From Rhynchobatus australiae (taxonomy: Eukaryota), in assembly GCA_034780895.1 (NCBI GenBank), contig JAUZTB010000062.1, positions 20,977,074 to 21,041,073 on the forward strand: DNA of 64,000 bases, in the 5' to 3' direction. Position numbers and translations under genes: made by a program. Below are positions 11,370 to 23,350 of the stretch, one piece after another. The number at the start of each line of letters is the position of its first letter. The first letter of the stretch is position 1. The notes under the pieces were generated by a model. The model had not been told where the DNA came from, made no database searches, and was given only the letters and a program-made list of their open reading frames with translations.

Positions 11370-14300
11370 TATATTGTCTTTTACTAGTTTTCCCTTGAAC
11401 ATGGTCCACTTAACCCTTTTCCCCACTTGTCTATCAGAAGTAGTATTTAGGAGTTGAATTATTTGTGAAGATACTCTTGTTTGGAGCCTTTTGTATTACA
11501 AAAGAAGAAGCCATGGCTTTATGATGTAATTTGCATATGCAGCTGTTCAAACACTAAGTGAGGATTCATTGACAGTAATTCTCACCTCCTTGCCCTCTGC
11601 AAGGGCTCGGCAGCTGTTGCCAGTACGCACGCAAATGACCTGCACCCAGGCAGTGTAACTTCCCAAGAGCACTAGGCTTCTGCCAAAGTCATCCATCATT
11701 AATGGGTGGCTGTAACTAGATATTTTCCCAACTTCTTATGCATTGCAAAATTTTAAAAACAAAAAGGAAGAAACAGCTTTACTGTAGTAATCCATGTGTG
11801 TTTGAAAGATCTCTTAATCTTTCATGTGATCTTCAAAATTGTATTCTTTTTGTACTGCATATCTTTAAGAGTTAATGACTGTGGTGTGGTCTATTTTACA
11901 ATTTTTCTTGTTACCACTTTCACCTTTATTCATTATCACCTTGTAATTATACACTTTGACATTTAAGATTCTTTTTGTTTGATAATTAACAATTTTCACA
12001 ACAAACGTCCTTTCTGTTGCAAAAATGCAGATCACTATTGCTGTTCGCTTTGAATTTGCATTATTAAGAATAGCAATTCAACATGTCATGGCTGGAAAGT
12101 AAAAGCTTATTGTTCTCTCTGCATCACAACATTGTGGTTGGATTGATAGTGGCAGTCTGTCTTTTGTAGTATGTATCTCTGTTTCAGGAGAAAACATTAA
12201 CCTATAGCATTGTTTTTACAATGCTGGTCTACAACTAAATGAAAAATAGAGCAGCATAATAATAGGTGAAAAATATTACTTCAAGATTGGTTTTATTTGC
12301 CTATCAAACCTGCATTGAATTGCCTGGAAAATGCTTACATTTTTCTACAAGGGAGCCTAGTAACCAGTAAGCAGGGTATAGCAGTCAGGTTTGAAGAAAT
12401 AACAAAATGAAGGTCAGCTAATATTGCACTAATTCTGCTTCCTGGTGGCCATGACAGCCTGCGAGGTTTATTTGAAGATCCCAGACTCTGAGTCAGTGTG
12501 CGCTTTGTTACCATATGACTGTTTTAGGCTGTGCCAACAGTTTAGGATATTAATGAATCCTACAGAGAAGTGAATGGAGAATTCCTTGTTCCCCTCTTTT
12601 TTTTCTTTCTCTCTCCTCTTTGTTTGCCACAGAATCTTTGTCTGTTGAATGTTGCTGGGCATCACTAATGAGTAGGCAGGGGAAAAAAAATCACAAAAAT
12701 AGCAAGAAGTGGTAAAATGGAAACTGGTGAATACATGAGTTTAGAAAAGCAAAAGGTGAGATTGTTGCTTTCTCGTAAGGTGCTTTGGATGGTCTCTTTG
12801 TCCCCACACGCCTTCACCAAGGCTCTTGGTAGGACGAAAAATTTTAAAAGGCAACTTCTGTGAAGCCAGGCAACTGTGGGGCTCCAGTTCCCTGACCACA
12901 AGATCTGGGTGCCTCGTTAGTTTCCCTTTGCCTCATTATTACAAGCACCTTGTCGCCCACCCTGCACAGCTGCTAAAGCGGAAAAATTAAAGCAATTCAA
13001 ACTCTGTGACTTAACGTGAGAAAACAATTGGTTCTTGTTTGGAGAACCATTATTATAAAGGAACTAAAGTAGAAGAGGGATTATGTTTATTGAGGTTTTC
13101 ACAGGAGTTATAGAAGGCTGCTTAAGTCAAAATAAAGGGTAGTTTGATGAGAGACAAGTATCTGATAATTAAATTGGTCAAGGGAAAGCAATTCCACATA
13201 ATTGTTTATTGTTATTTTAATTGTTCTGATCTGAATCCTGGTGTGGTATTAATACTTGGATATGTTTTAATGTACTCTTTGATTTCGTATAGACATGTTA
13301 ATGTGATGAATCTTGCTAAATAGCTCTCCAGACACTATGCTGCTTTGCTGTGCAAAGGAATGAAATTCAGCCCTACTGGAAGGCTTCCGTGACACACAAG
13401 AAGACCCTTTGTTACTTGTTTATAAACCAGAAACATGCCTAAAATCACTGAAACAGTGAGAGAGCTGAAGAGGCCCTACTGGGCACAGGGCACAATAAAT
13501 AAAGATTTGCGAGCTAGATTTTAATGCTTTGATTTGATGATCACTACTCTTTAGGGGTTAAGGGATCTAAGCAGAAGACTGCTTAGACTGTCTTTCAGCT
13601 GACTTAATTAAGAAACTTCAATCTNNNNNNNNNNACCTCTTCCTACCATGAATAAGGGTTCAGCCTGTAAAGTGTATACATACATGATGCCATTGTGTTT
13701 TGTTGCCAAACTGCAGACAGTGGCAAGTACAATCTGGGATTTGTCAGGGGTTACCCTTTAGGGACCTTGTCCTCTGTAGAATCAAATACAGGTTTTTTTC
13801 CATTAAGAAATGTCCTTAGGCTGCTAAAAATTAACTGAAATCAGCACCTTCACAGAAGGGTGTTCCACTAATTTTTCAACTGAAAATTATCCAGAATTAA
13901 GGTACACATGAGAACCAGTGCTCTGGTATTTGGTGAATGAATTTCCCAGGGCTTAATCATCTCAAAGCCTGCTGAGTGCAGTTCCTCCTACAATAATCTA
14001 TTTAGCAAGTAATTTACCACCCCTTCTGCCTCTTGAGAATGAGCCTTGCAAGTTTTTGCATCCTGAGTAGTTCCAAATTGTTTCTGTCTTGAAGGGAGAG
14101 CTGTTAACTCAGTTGTAAAACACAGAATAATGGTTTCCAAATTTATTAGCAGGTTAACGGTGGTTGAAGCCATGACATTTGATTTTACAAAGGCTGGAAT
14201 GGTTGCTTTTTAAATGATTATAGCTCATTTTAAACACTATGGTAGTAATTATGTTGGAATTACAAAGCTGTTTTGTCAGCCAAGTAAGAATCATTCATTT

Positions 14301-15501
14301 GCTGAATTACTAAAATTACCTAAATGTTGTATTCCAATTTCTTATTTGACACAGTTGGGGTTACTTGAAATTTGCTTTCATTAAATGCTAAATGCATCAA
14401 TAATAGTTGTGGAATTAATTATATCCTAAAGTATTATTAGTGCAGCTCAGTCTTAAGAGAATGTTAATAATTTTCAAGAAGTACTTAGCTGCCTGTGCTT
14501 TTATCATATAACTGATATTTAAATTAAGGGACTATTTTCTGAAAGGGAAAGACATTAAATATTCTCATGTGGGTGGTAGTCTCACCACGTAGAGCAAGAA
14601 TTAGGTAGTTAGAGAGGAAAGTACTGGGTGGTCAGTTTGAGATGACATCAAAAGGGGTTGTTGCTTACATTTGGAAATGAGACTTTGATGTATTCATTCT
14701 ACAAACGTGACTGTTGCACACTGACCTGAAAAGTCAAACAGGAGGCAACAACAGAGGCTATTCTGGTTAATTAGTGTGAAGGTGACAGTTTCCAAACTTG
14801 AATGAAGGAAGCCTAGTTCTCTCTTTAGATATTGAGTTTTGTAAATGTAGAGTTATGTCAACCACTGAAATTTCCTCACAGACATGTGATGCCCTGAGAG
14901 TGAATCACGTGTAAAATGAGGTGGGTGTGTAACCTGCAGTTTAATTTATTGTTTCCACATTCATTGAGAGAACATAATCATACCAGAATATTTGGTGATT
15001 TTTAAAAACTCAGTACATGAGGAAAGCTAATATCTTTCAATATAAGCAAGTGGAAGTTTATTAGATTAGTGGATGAAAGCAGTGGTTTAGTTGCAGCACT
15101 TTCCATTAAAATTGCTAGTCTCTCATTTCTATCTAAATTATTTGCATTTTTGTTTTTGTGCATTTGCATTTTCCTCATAAATGTATGAGTAGCCATCCTT
15201 AAGGGGTTTTGAAGGGAATTTGGTTGTTCTGATTTGAAACATTTATGTTTCTCCTCACCTTTTATGTAACATTAGTCTTTTAGTATTTTAGTGCCTTGCA
15301 TATAATTATTCTATTAATAGATACATTGAGCAATTTAATTTAAATCACTCATAAGTTTATAATGGTGGTATAAAGTTTTTATGCTTCTCTATGTTTATTA
15401 GGTGATCCTGTATGTTTTTGAATATCCTGATATTTTCCAGTTTAGTAACCCTGAGAAATGTTTCTTCTGAGTATTGGGAAAACTTATTCTTATTTTGTGC
15501 A

Positions 15502-15676
15502 GAAAGAAAGACTTGCCCTTACATGGTCCCTTTCACATCCCTTCGCAGACGTTCCAAAAGCAATGAAATAATCATCGTTATAATATAGGAAACATGACAG
15601 CCAATTTGTTCGAAGGAAGTTCTCATGAGTTGCAATGTAATAATGACCAGATAATCTGTTTTGCAATGTTAAGTAG
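15502..15676 (-). mobile_element. Deu-domain SINE relic
   Basis: gaaagacttgc...aggaaacatgacagccaatttg...gcaatgtaataatgaccagataatctgtttt closely matches the recalled DeuSINE core. Confidence 0.7.
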
Positions 15677-17867
15677 AACTTAACGGACTGAAGCATGCAC
15701 CTGGCATTTTGATTTCAAAATGTTCCATGAAACTTGGAATCTTAACAAAAGGGAAATTGTTCTAAGAGTCTTATATTCAAGCTACTTTCACATTTTCGAA
15801 ACAGCTAAATTTGGCAGGGAAGTGGGAATACTATTAAGAATATATTTAATCCAGCAGCAGTAGATGCAAAACTTGCTCACAATGGCTCCACACCACTGAT
15901 TAAAGCATATTTCACTGCAAGCTTAGACACAACTGTTTGCCAGGATAAGTCTGATGTTGAAGAGTGCCAGTACTTTTCATATTGTATTTGATCCCAATAA
16001 ACAGCAGCTTTTAAGCAATAAATCAAATAATAGTATTGATCACAAACATATTTGTGAGTTTACATTAATCCTATACATTTCTTAGCACTAGCCTAACATC
16101 TATCTCCACGTTTAATTAAAGGCCCAGAAATAGAGCTTTGAAGCAACAATCCATAGTGTAAATGTGATCTAAGCTAGAGAAAAAGAAAAATAATTTATAT
16201 ATACAGGTCTAGATTTTCTGTGGAAATGCTATCAGTTCTCTGCATAGCTGTTGGCATTTCCCCTCTCGTGTGCCAGCAAGTTTGGGATGTGTGTGCAAAT
16301 CTTAATCCTGAGCTTGTTGATAGTTGTACATCAGCTGTTCCTTCACTGCACTCCAAAGCTGGATTCCCCAAGAGGTCCAGCATGAAAAAGTGAGGTTGTG
16401 GTGATTCCACACTGCTTCCTGTACAGAATCTACTTGAATAACCTGGCATAGGGAGCTCTTCTACATTGATTTCAATGGAGAAGAACAACTGCATGGACCA
16501 GGTGAGTGTGAGTGATTTTAAGTATTTTTAATTGAATTAATTAAATGATTTAGCTGCTTTAAAATTTATTAAACATTTTTAAATAGACTTGAAACAATTG
16601 TTAATTTTATTATTTTTAATAGTTTTTGAATGTTTCTGATTATGAGAAACATTTAAAATAATATCAAATTAATATTGGTTGCTCACCTGTAAGAGGTGGA
16701 TAGTTATGGATTTGTTAAATGTGAATTTTACTTAGAAAGATGTATTTGGAAGCTCATTCTTCGAATCATTTTTAATTTAATAGTTTGAATTTACTTTAGC
16801 TTAGCAAATCTATATTTCTCACAGCTTTGCTGTTAATTCCCAAATTTGCTGATGCTATGGAGAGAGAATGAATCTGAAGCATTTCACAGTGACAGGAGAT
16901 GACAAATTGTCCTAAATACTACTATTTGGTTGCACACCAACAAGCATGTGACATAATGGATGTGTGTGGGCTCACCAATGACCTTTGTTTCTCCTTCGTT
17001 GTCTTTTGAAGAAGAGCCTTCATGTGATGAGGTGACTGAGCTTGAAAATTCAGTAGTGAATATCTTTGGTGTCTTGAAGAATGTTAACAAGGATGAGGTT
17101 TTTGTACAGGCAGGATTGCAACTGAGCTTTGATATTTACTAGCAGCACACAAAACAGCATTTGCATGTATTAGGATCTTTTGGCATTTTTTTGGAGTGTT
17201 TGTGATATTTTTAAAATTTGACTTCACCAGACACAAAAACTAATTATTTATTTAAATCATAAGTGGTAAACTCCACATCATCAAAGTTAGCTTGAATGAG
17301 CAATTTGATAAGGTGAAAGAGATAAATCAATCAGGCACAAAGTAACCAGAATACTGAAACAACCAAGGTAAGAGGTTGTTGCTTCAGTAATATCATAGGG
17401 ACTTTGTTGCTCCCTTTATCACTAAATGTTCATCAATGCCATTATCATGCATTTTGTACAATGGACTATTGCACAGTAATTCCAAAGCTTAATTACTGCT
17501 TTAGTGGAGAATTAGGTTTTTTTACATATAAAATAAACTCATCAGTCAGACTTAGCTATTTAATAATGTTTAGAACTCACCATTCAAAAAAATCTTACTA
17601 AACAAACTTAATAACTCAAAGCCAAAAGATTTATTAATCATTCATTTTGTTGAGTTTATCATTGACATTCCTAGAGGGATTAAACCTCAGTAAAGGGAAA
17701 ACATACATAAAAATTTGACAGAAATTAAATTTTAATCTAAGTCTTCTGGTTGATGTTAGAATTTTCAAAAAGTAGTTATTTGATATGTTCGTAAATATAC
17801 AGCAAGTCCTCATAATGCTTTTTGGATACAAACAGTATCCAAAAAGCATGGAACAGCAGGAAAACTA

Positions 17868-17980
17868 ATCAACCTGAAGTGTTAACTATTTATTTTTCAA
17901 TGGATGCTGCCTAACCTGCTGAGTATTCTCGGCATTTATTGTTTCCATTTCAGATTCCTAGCTTTACAATACTTTTGTTT
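17868..17980 (+). mobile_element. Short Penelope-type tail relic
   Basis: caacctgaagtgttaact...ggatgctgcctaacctgctgagtattctcggcatt is homologous to 38950-39030. Confidence 0.65.
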
Positions 17981-18559
17981 TTGAACTCTTTTGCCTTCTC
18001 TGTGTTCACAACTTTATACTTAGCTATTGATTAACAAGATGTTTTTCAGATGTTTAGGTGTTACCATGGTAATGATTATTTTAGCATAAATTGAACAGAA
18101 ATGAATGCTGTTGTGGTAAAGCTCTTGGTTTTTGCATATCTAAATTATTCTCTATAGAAGCCACACCCCTATTATTGATCTATCAGAAAATTGTAATTTT
18201 CCTTTCAATTGGCAAAATAATATGAATTGTGATGTCGCAGCAGGATTAAGGTTATTCATTACTTTAAAACNNNNNNNNNNNNNNNNNNNNNNNNNNNNNN
18301 NNNNNNNNNNNNNNNNNNNNNNNNNNNNNNNNNNNNNNNNNNNNNNNNNNNNNNNNNNNNNNNNNNNNNNNNNNNNNNNNNNNNNNNNNNNNNNNNNNNN
18401 NNNNNNNNNNNNNNNNNNNNNNNNNNNNNNNNNNNNNNNNNNNNNNNNNNNNNNNNNNNNNNNNNNNNNNNNNNNNNNNNNNNNNNNNNNNNNNNNNNNN
18501 NNNNNNNNNNNNNNNNNNNNNNCATTTTATTTTGTGATATCAAAGCATGTTGCATAAAA

Positions 18560-18970
18560 ACATAACAAATAGGAACAAGGGTAGGCCATCCAACCTTTTG
18601 AACCTTCTCTGCAATTCATCAAGATCATGGCTGCTCTTCTACCTCATCAGCATTCTCCTGAGCTATTCCCATACCTCTTGTATGTCTAAATATCCAGAAA
18701 TCTATCAATTTCTGATTTGACTAAATTCAACAACTGAGCATCCACAGTCCTCCTAGATAGAGAATTCCAACGATTCACTATTCTCTACATGAAGAAATTT
18801 CTCCTCTTCTCATTCCTAAACAGCCTATCCTTATTCTGAGACTGTGATCCCTGATTCTAGATTCAGCCATGGGAAGCATACTCCCTGCATCCAGTATCAA
18901 GCACGGTAAGAATTTTGCAGGCTTCAATGAGATCTGCTCCCATTCTTCTGAACTCTAGAGAGAACAGGCT
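18560..18970 (-). mobile_element. CR1 LINE 3' fragment
   Basis: Contains acataacaaataggaacaagggtaggcc, aagatcatggctg, agagaattccaacgattcac and gaagaaatttctcctc. Homologous to 34050-34450. Confidence 0.8.
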
Positions 18971-19876
18971 TAATACTTCCTGCTGCATTGAAGTTATGGG
19001 TTTTTCTATTAACTGTCCTGCTAACTAACTATTAACGGCCCTTGTATTGGGCCAAGGTGTTAGGTCGGAAATTGCGTTTAATGTAGCTAAAATTTAAAAC
19101 CTGCTTATTTGAGTAGAAGAAGTTACGAAGGCTGCAAACATTTTGAAAGTATGTTTTAGTTTTTGCAAAGATGGAAAAGTAATTTACAAAATAATGATAA
19201 AGCTTCCCGGTGGAATACGAAATACAAAATAATTTTTAAATCATCAGATTCTACGAAGTGTGAAGGGAGTTCTCTGTCAAATATTAAGCATGATAGAAAA
19301 CCAGAAGTGTTTAGTTGCCGAAGAAAGGCAGCACAGATATTTCCTTATTCTGATCTAAAATTCCACTTGCAGTTTTGCACTGTTACCTTTATGGTCCTAT
19401 AATGTGGCTGTTTGTGTGAGAGTGTTGATGACCCATGTTGTATCTGTCCACAAAGTAAGCAATATATTCATGAGCTTCTCCTTCACCACGGTGGCACAGT
19501 TTACCAGAGCCCAGATTTGGAATTCTTCCTGGAAAGTTGATGGATGTAAGGAAAGAACATGTATTGATGTGATACCTTTGCCATTGAAAAGCCTATTAAT
19601 AGTGATCGTATAAACTCACAGATAAGAGATGTTCATTTGTATGAAGCACAAGAAATATACAAGGCTCTGTTACAGACAGAAAGAAAGCTGAGAAAATTTG
19701 ATTAGAACCTCAAGGAATAATTTGGAAATATTGGCTTAAAAATTCTAGTGCACCCAAATGAGTGTTAAATGGCAATCTCAGTGGCCATTAACAATCCTTT
19801 CTGCTGTGACTGACCATTGCAAATTTCAGTAAAGGGCATACTGCATTTTCTTAATAGAAAATGTATTGTCCAGGAT

Positions 19877-19920
19877 TGGGACAAGAGGGCTGTAGATCTG
19901 GGACAAGAGGGCTATAAATC
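19877..19920 (+). repeat. 22-bp tandem duplication
   Basis: tgggacaagagggctgtagatc is followed by tgggacaagagggctataaatc (2 mismatches). Confidence 0.85.
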
Positions 19921-22282
19921 TAGACCAAGGATCATGGTCTAGGTTGGTTTGACAAACAAAATTAAGAGAGCAAGGATGGGGAGGGGATCAATAAGAAAGA
20001 TTGGATCCAAGGAATATTGGAGAGAGTAGGTCAAGTTAATGATCAAGCCTGTGGTATGGGGTTGGAAAGGGTGGGTTCAGCTGTGTCAACAAAGTATGTG
20101 GCTAAGGATTAGGCCCTGTGATTAGTGCTGAAAGTAGGAAAGTGACTAGTGTGGGGTTTGGAAGGTCAGGGGTAGTGATCAGGTGTGTGATCAAGGATTG
20201 TGCCTAGACTAATCAGGATGTTGGGATGGGAGCAGGGAGTTCACCATGGAGGGTCTCAGTTCTCAGGAGATTGAAGGATATGACCTGGGCCTCGGGATGG
20301 TGATGGTTCTGAGGTTTGGCTGGAAAGATGGAATTGGAGACCATCAAGATTTGGTGTAGTGAGGGGTTGAATGTTTCCAGCCAGAGCTTTTCCAGGAAAA
20401 TAGTGCAAAGGTGCATCACTCTAAGACGTGCCTAGTTGAAATGCAGCAATGCGAAGCAACCCAGAAATTGTTTTTTTTCATGTATCAATTCAATTTTCAG
20501 TTGCTNNNNNNNNNNNNNNNNNNNNNNNNNNNNNNNNNNNNNNNNNNNNNNNNNNNNNNNNNNNNNNNNNNNNNNNNNNNNNNNNNNNNNNNNNNNNNNN
20601 NNNNNNNNNNNNNNNNNNNNNNNNNNNNNNNNNNNNNNNNNNNNNNNNNNNNNNNNNNNNNNNNNNNNNNNNNNNNNNNNNNNNNNNNNNNNNNNNNNNN
20701 NNNNNNNNNNNNNNNNNNNCAGAAATCACTGAAGCAGCAGCTAGCTTAATGAGTGTAGATGAGTTACTTAATAAGGTTTGATATTTTAATAAAAATTATC
20801 CAGAGCAACACTATTTGATTTCTGTGCCCTATAGAAAAATGCTTTACATCCATTTTAGGAGCAGACATTTCTATTGGTGCCTTAAGTAAATGCGGATTTA
20901 TTCTGGATCCAGAAAAGAGCCTCTTGTGCATAAAACATGAGAAGTCGGAGCCTTTTAATTTATGCATATTTTGCAGAATATAATCTAAATTGATCCTTTC
21001 TGGTTGAATGTCACCTGCAAGTAGCAGGGAAGAAATTGAATAGATCTTCATAAAATAAGTAGTCTCCCGCATAATTCAATGAAACCTGTGATTGGCTAGG
21101 AGAAACTATGCACCAGTATGGTAAGGAAGACACTTTTAAATTGATTATGGAGATTTTGCTTGCAATGCTGATTCCTGATACATTCCTGATTCTCACAGAT
21201 ACCCTAAGGTTATTATTTCTGCATATGGTCTTGATGAAAATGTAAATTTACCTTGCATTTGTTGTGGATGTGTAATACCTAAATAGAGTGAACTCTATGG
21301 ATGCCTCTAACACCAAGGAAGAAGCAAGTTTATTGATTCTACCTTTTCATCATATCCTTCTAATCACATCTATCTGTGCAACTCTTCCATCTTTCTTTTG
21401 GTTCGTTTGTCACCCAACTGAGTTGTTTTGCCAAATTTGCTGTTGAATGGAGTCTGCAAACTGACAAGATATTAGGATTGTAAGTAGTCAGAAGACTACG
21501 CCAATTTCATGCAACAGGATTTATGTACTTCTGAAAGCTGCAATTACAGTATTACAGAAGATTAAATGCTCATCACTCTGATGATTACTAACCAGGTTTG
21601 AGCAGACAAAAGCATTGTTGGCTGAGTCCTAAAGGGAAAGCCTAGGACCTGTACATCTCAGCAGGAAAATTCATGCTACTTTACTGATCTGATTGTTGCA
21701 AATGTGTTCAAATATATTAAACCTAGACTGATTTTTTCTAATGAAAAGTATTTCTCAGCAAGTTTTCAAACTCCAATAATCTTAAACCTAAACCCTGCAT
21801 AGTTGTTTTCTGATGTAAACGTAAGTTGACTATGAGCTATAATTCAATCTGCTACTAATGACACTTCACACACCAATGATTTTAAGGGATCTCCATTGGC
21901 GCCAGTTAAAGCTCCAGATTTGGTCAGTAGAAATGTTCAGACCTGTATAAGATGAGCTANNNNNNNNNNNNNNNNNNNNNNNNNNNNNNNNNNNNNNNNN
22001 NNNNNNNNNNNNNNNNNNNNNNNNNNNNNNNNNNNNNNNNNTATTGCTTCAAAGTACATAAGTTTAATAAGATCAGGTGACATAATTTTAAACTGAATTC
22101 TGAATTTTTTTTGATTCTCAGAGTAATAAATGCTTGGAGCAATCTGTCATTTAAGGTAGTATAAACAAAAATATTGACATTCAGGATTCCAAATAGTATC
22201 TCAGGAGAGTTTAAAGAACCAGAGGAATATGCTTTGGTACATTGGATGAGATTTAATCATCCCTAACTGCAATTTTCATATT

Positions 22283-22622
22283 ATTGGTATTGGTTTATTA
22301 TTGTGACTAGTACCGAGATACAGTGAAAAACTAGTCTTACATACCGTTCATAAAGATCAATTTATTACACAGTGCATTGAGGTAGTACAGAGTGCATTTA
22401 GGTAGTACAGGGTAAAAACAATAACAGAATACAGAGTAAAGTGTCACAGCAACAAGGAAGTGCATTGCAGGTAGACAATAAGGTGCAAGGTCAAACAAGG
22501 TGGATTGTGAGGTCAAAAGTCCATCTCATCGTATCAGGGAACCGGTCAATAGTCTAATCACCGTGGGATAGAAGCTGTCTTTCAGCCTGGTGGTATGTGC
22601 CCTCAGACTGCTGTATCTTCTG
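22283..22622 (-). mobile_element. Rex1/Babar-like LINE 3' end
   Basis: It starts with the short tandem tail tattggtattggtttattattgt and continues gggatagaagctgtctttcagcctggtggt. Shorter copies lie at about 27590-27730 and 39045-39150. The family name is from recall. Confidence 0.55.
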
Positions 22623-22967
22623 TTAAAAGGGGATTGTTCAGACCATCAGTTTTATTAATAAATCTATTTGTATGGATGATTTTAATTTCAGGTTCATGTG
22701 CCATTTTATATAGAAATGATAAAACTGGAAGCTCATCTTTGTGATATGTTGTTGCGATCATTGTGAACTTCAGTCCATCATTGGTCTGAATTATTTGTCT
22801 CAGTTGGAGGGTTTCTCAAGCTCATGGTGAGGCTGCAGCGGTGCAGCAGCACAACATGGGCCTTGCTCCATCTCAAAGGGAGAAAACACTTAATTGATGT
22901 TGGGATTAATGTGTTGTTCACTGGAGAGAAAGTGAGAAAAATTAGTCTGTACTCCTTCNNNNNNNNN

Positions 22968-23350
22968 TGAACAAGAGGTAACCTCGCTGAAACATATAAG
23001 ATTCTACGGGGAAATGACAGCTTTGATACTGGGAGGCTGGTCTTTCTGCCTGGAGAATCTAGATCAAGGGAATGTAGTCACAAGATATAGAATCACTGTC
23101 TAGGGTCGAGATGAGAAATATCTTTACTCAAGAGTACTGCATTATTAGAATTTGCTAATCTTGAAGTTTATGGATGCTCAGTTGTAGAGTCTGCTCAAGA
23201 CTTATACCATTGAAAACTTTAAGGAAATCGAAGGATATGGGACTCGGGTGACAAAGTGAATGACAGGACAATTGCAAAAGGCTTGATGTTGAATGGTGGA
23301 GCAGGCTTAAGAGTTGGATAGCTCACTCCAGCTTTATTTTTTACATTCTA
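22968..23350 (+). mobile_element. CR1 LINE 3' fragment
   Basis: An RGNLAETYKILRG-type remnant (agaggtaacctcgctgaaacatataagattctacggg) is followed by the tail gaatggtggagcaggcttaagag. Confidence 0.75.

Noticed and set aside
22370-22410. Tandem of about 20 bp (agtgcattgaggtagtacag / agtgcatttaggtagtacag), and short repeats at 59132-59165
   Set aside because: These are local slippage duplications without spacers, not CRISPR-like arrays.
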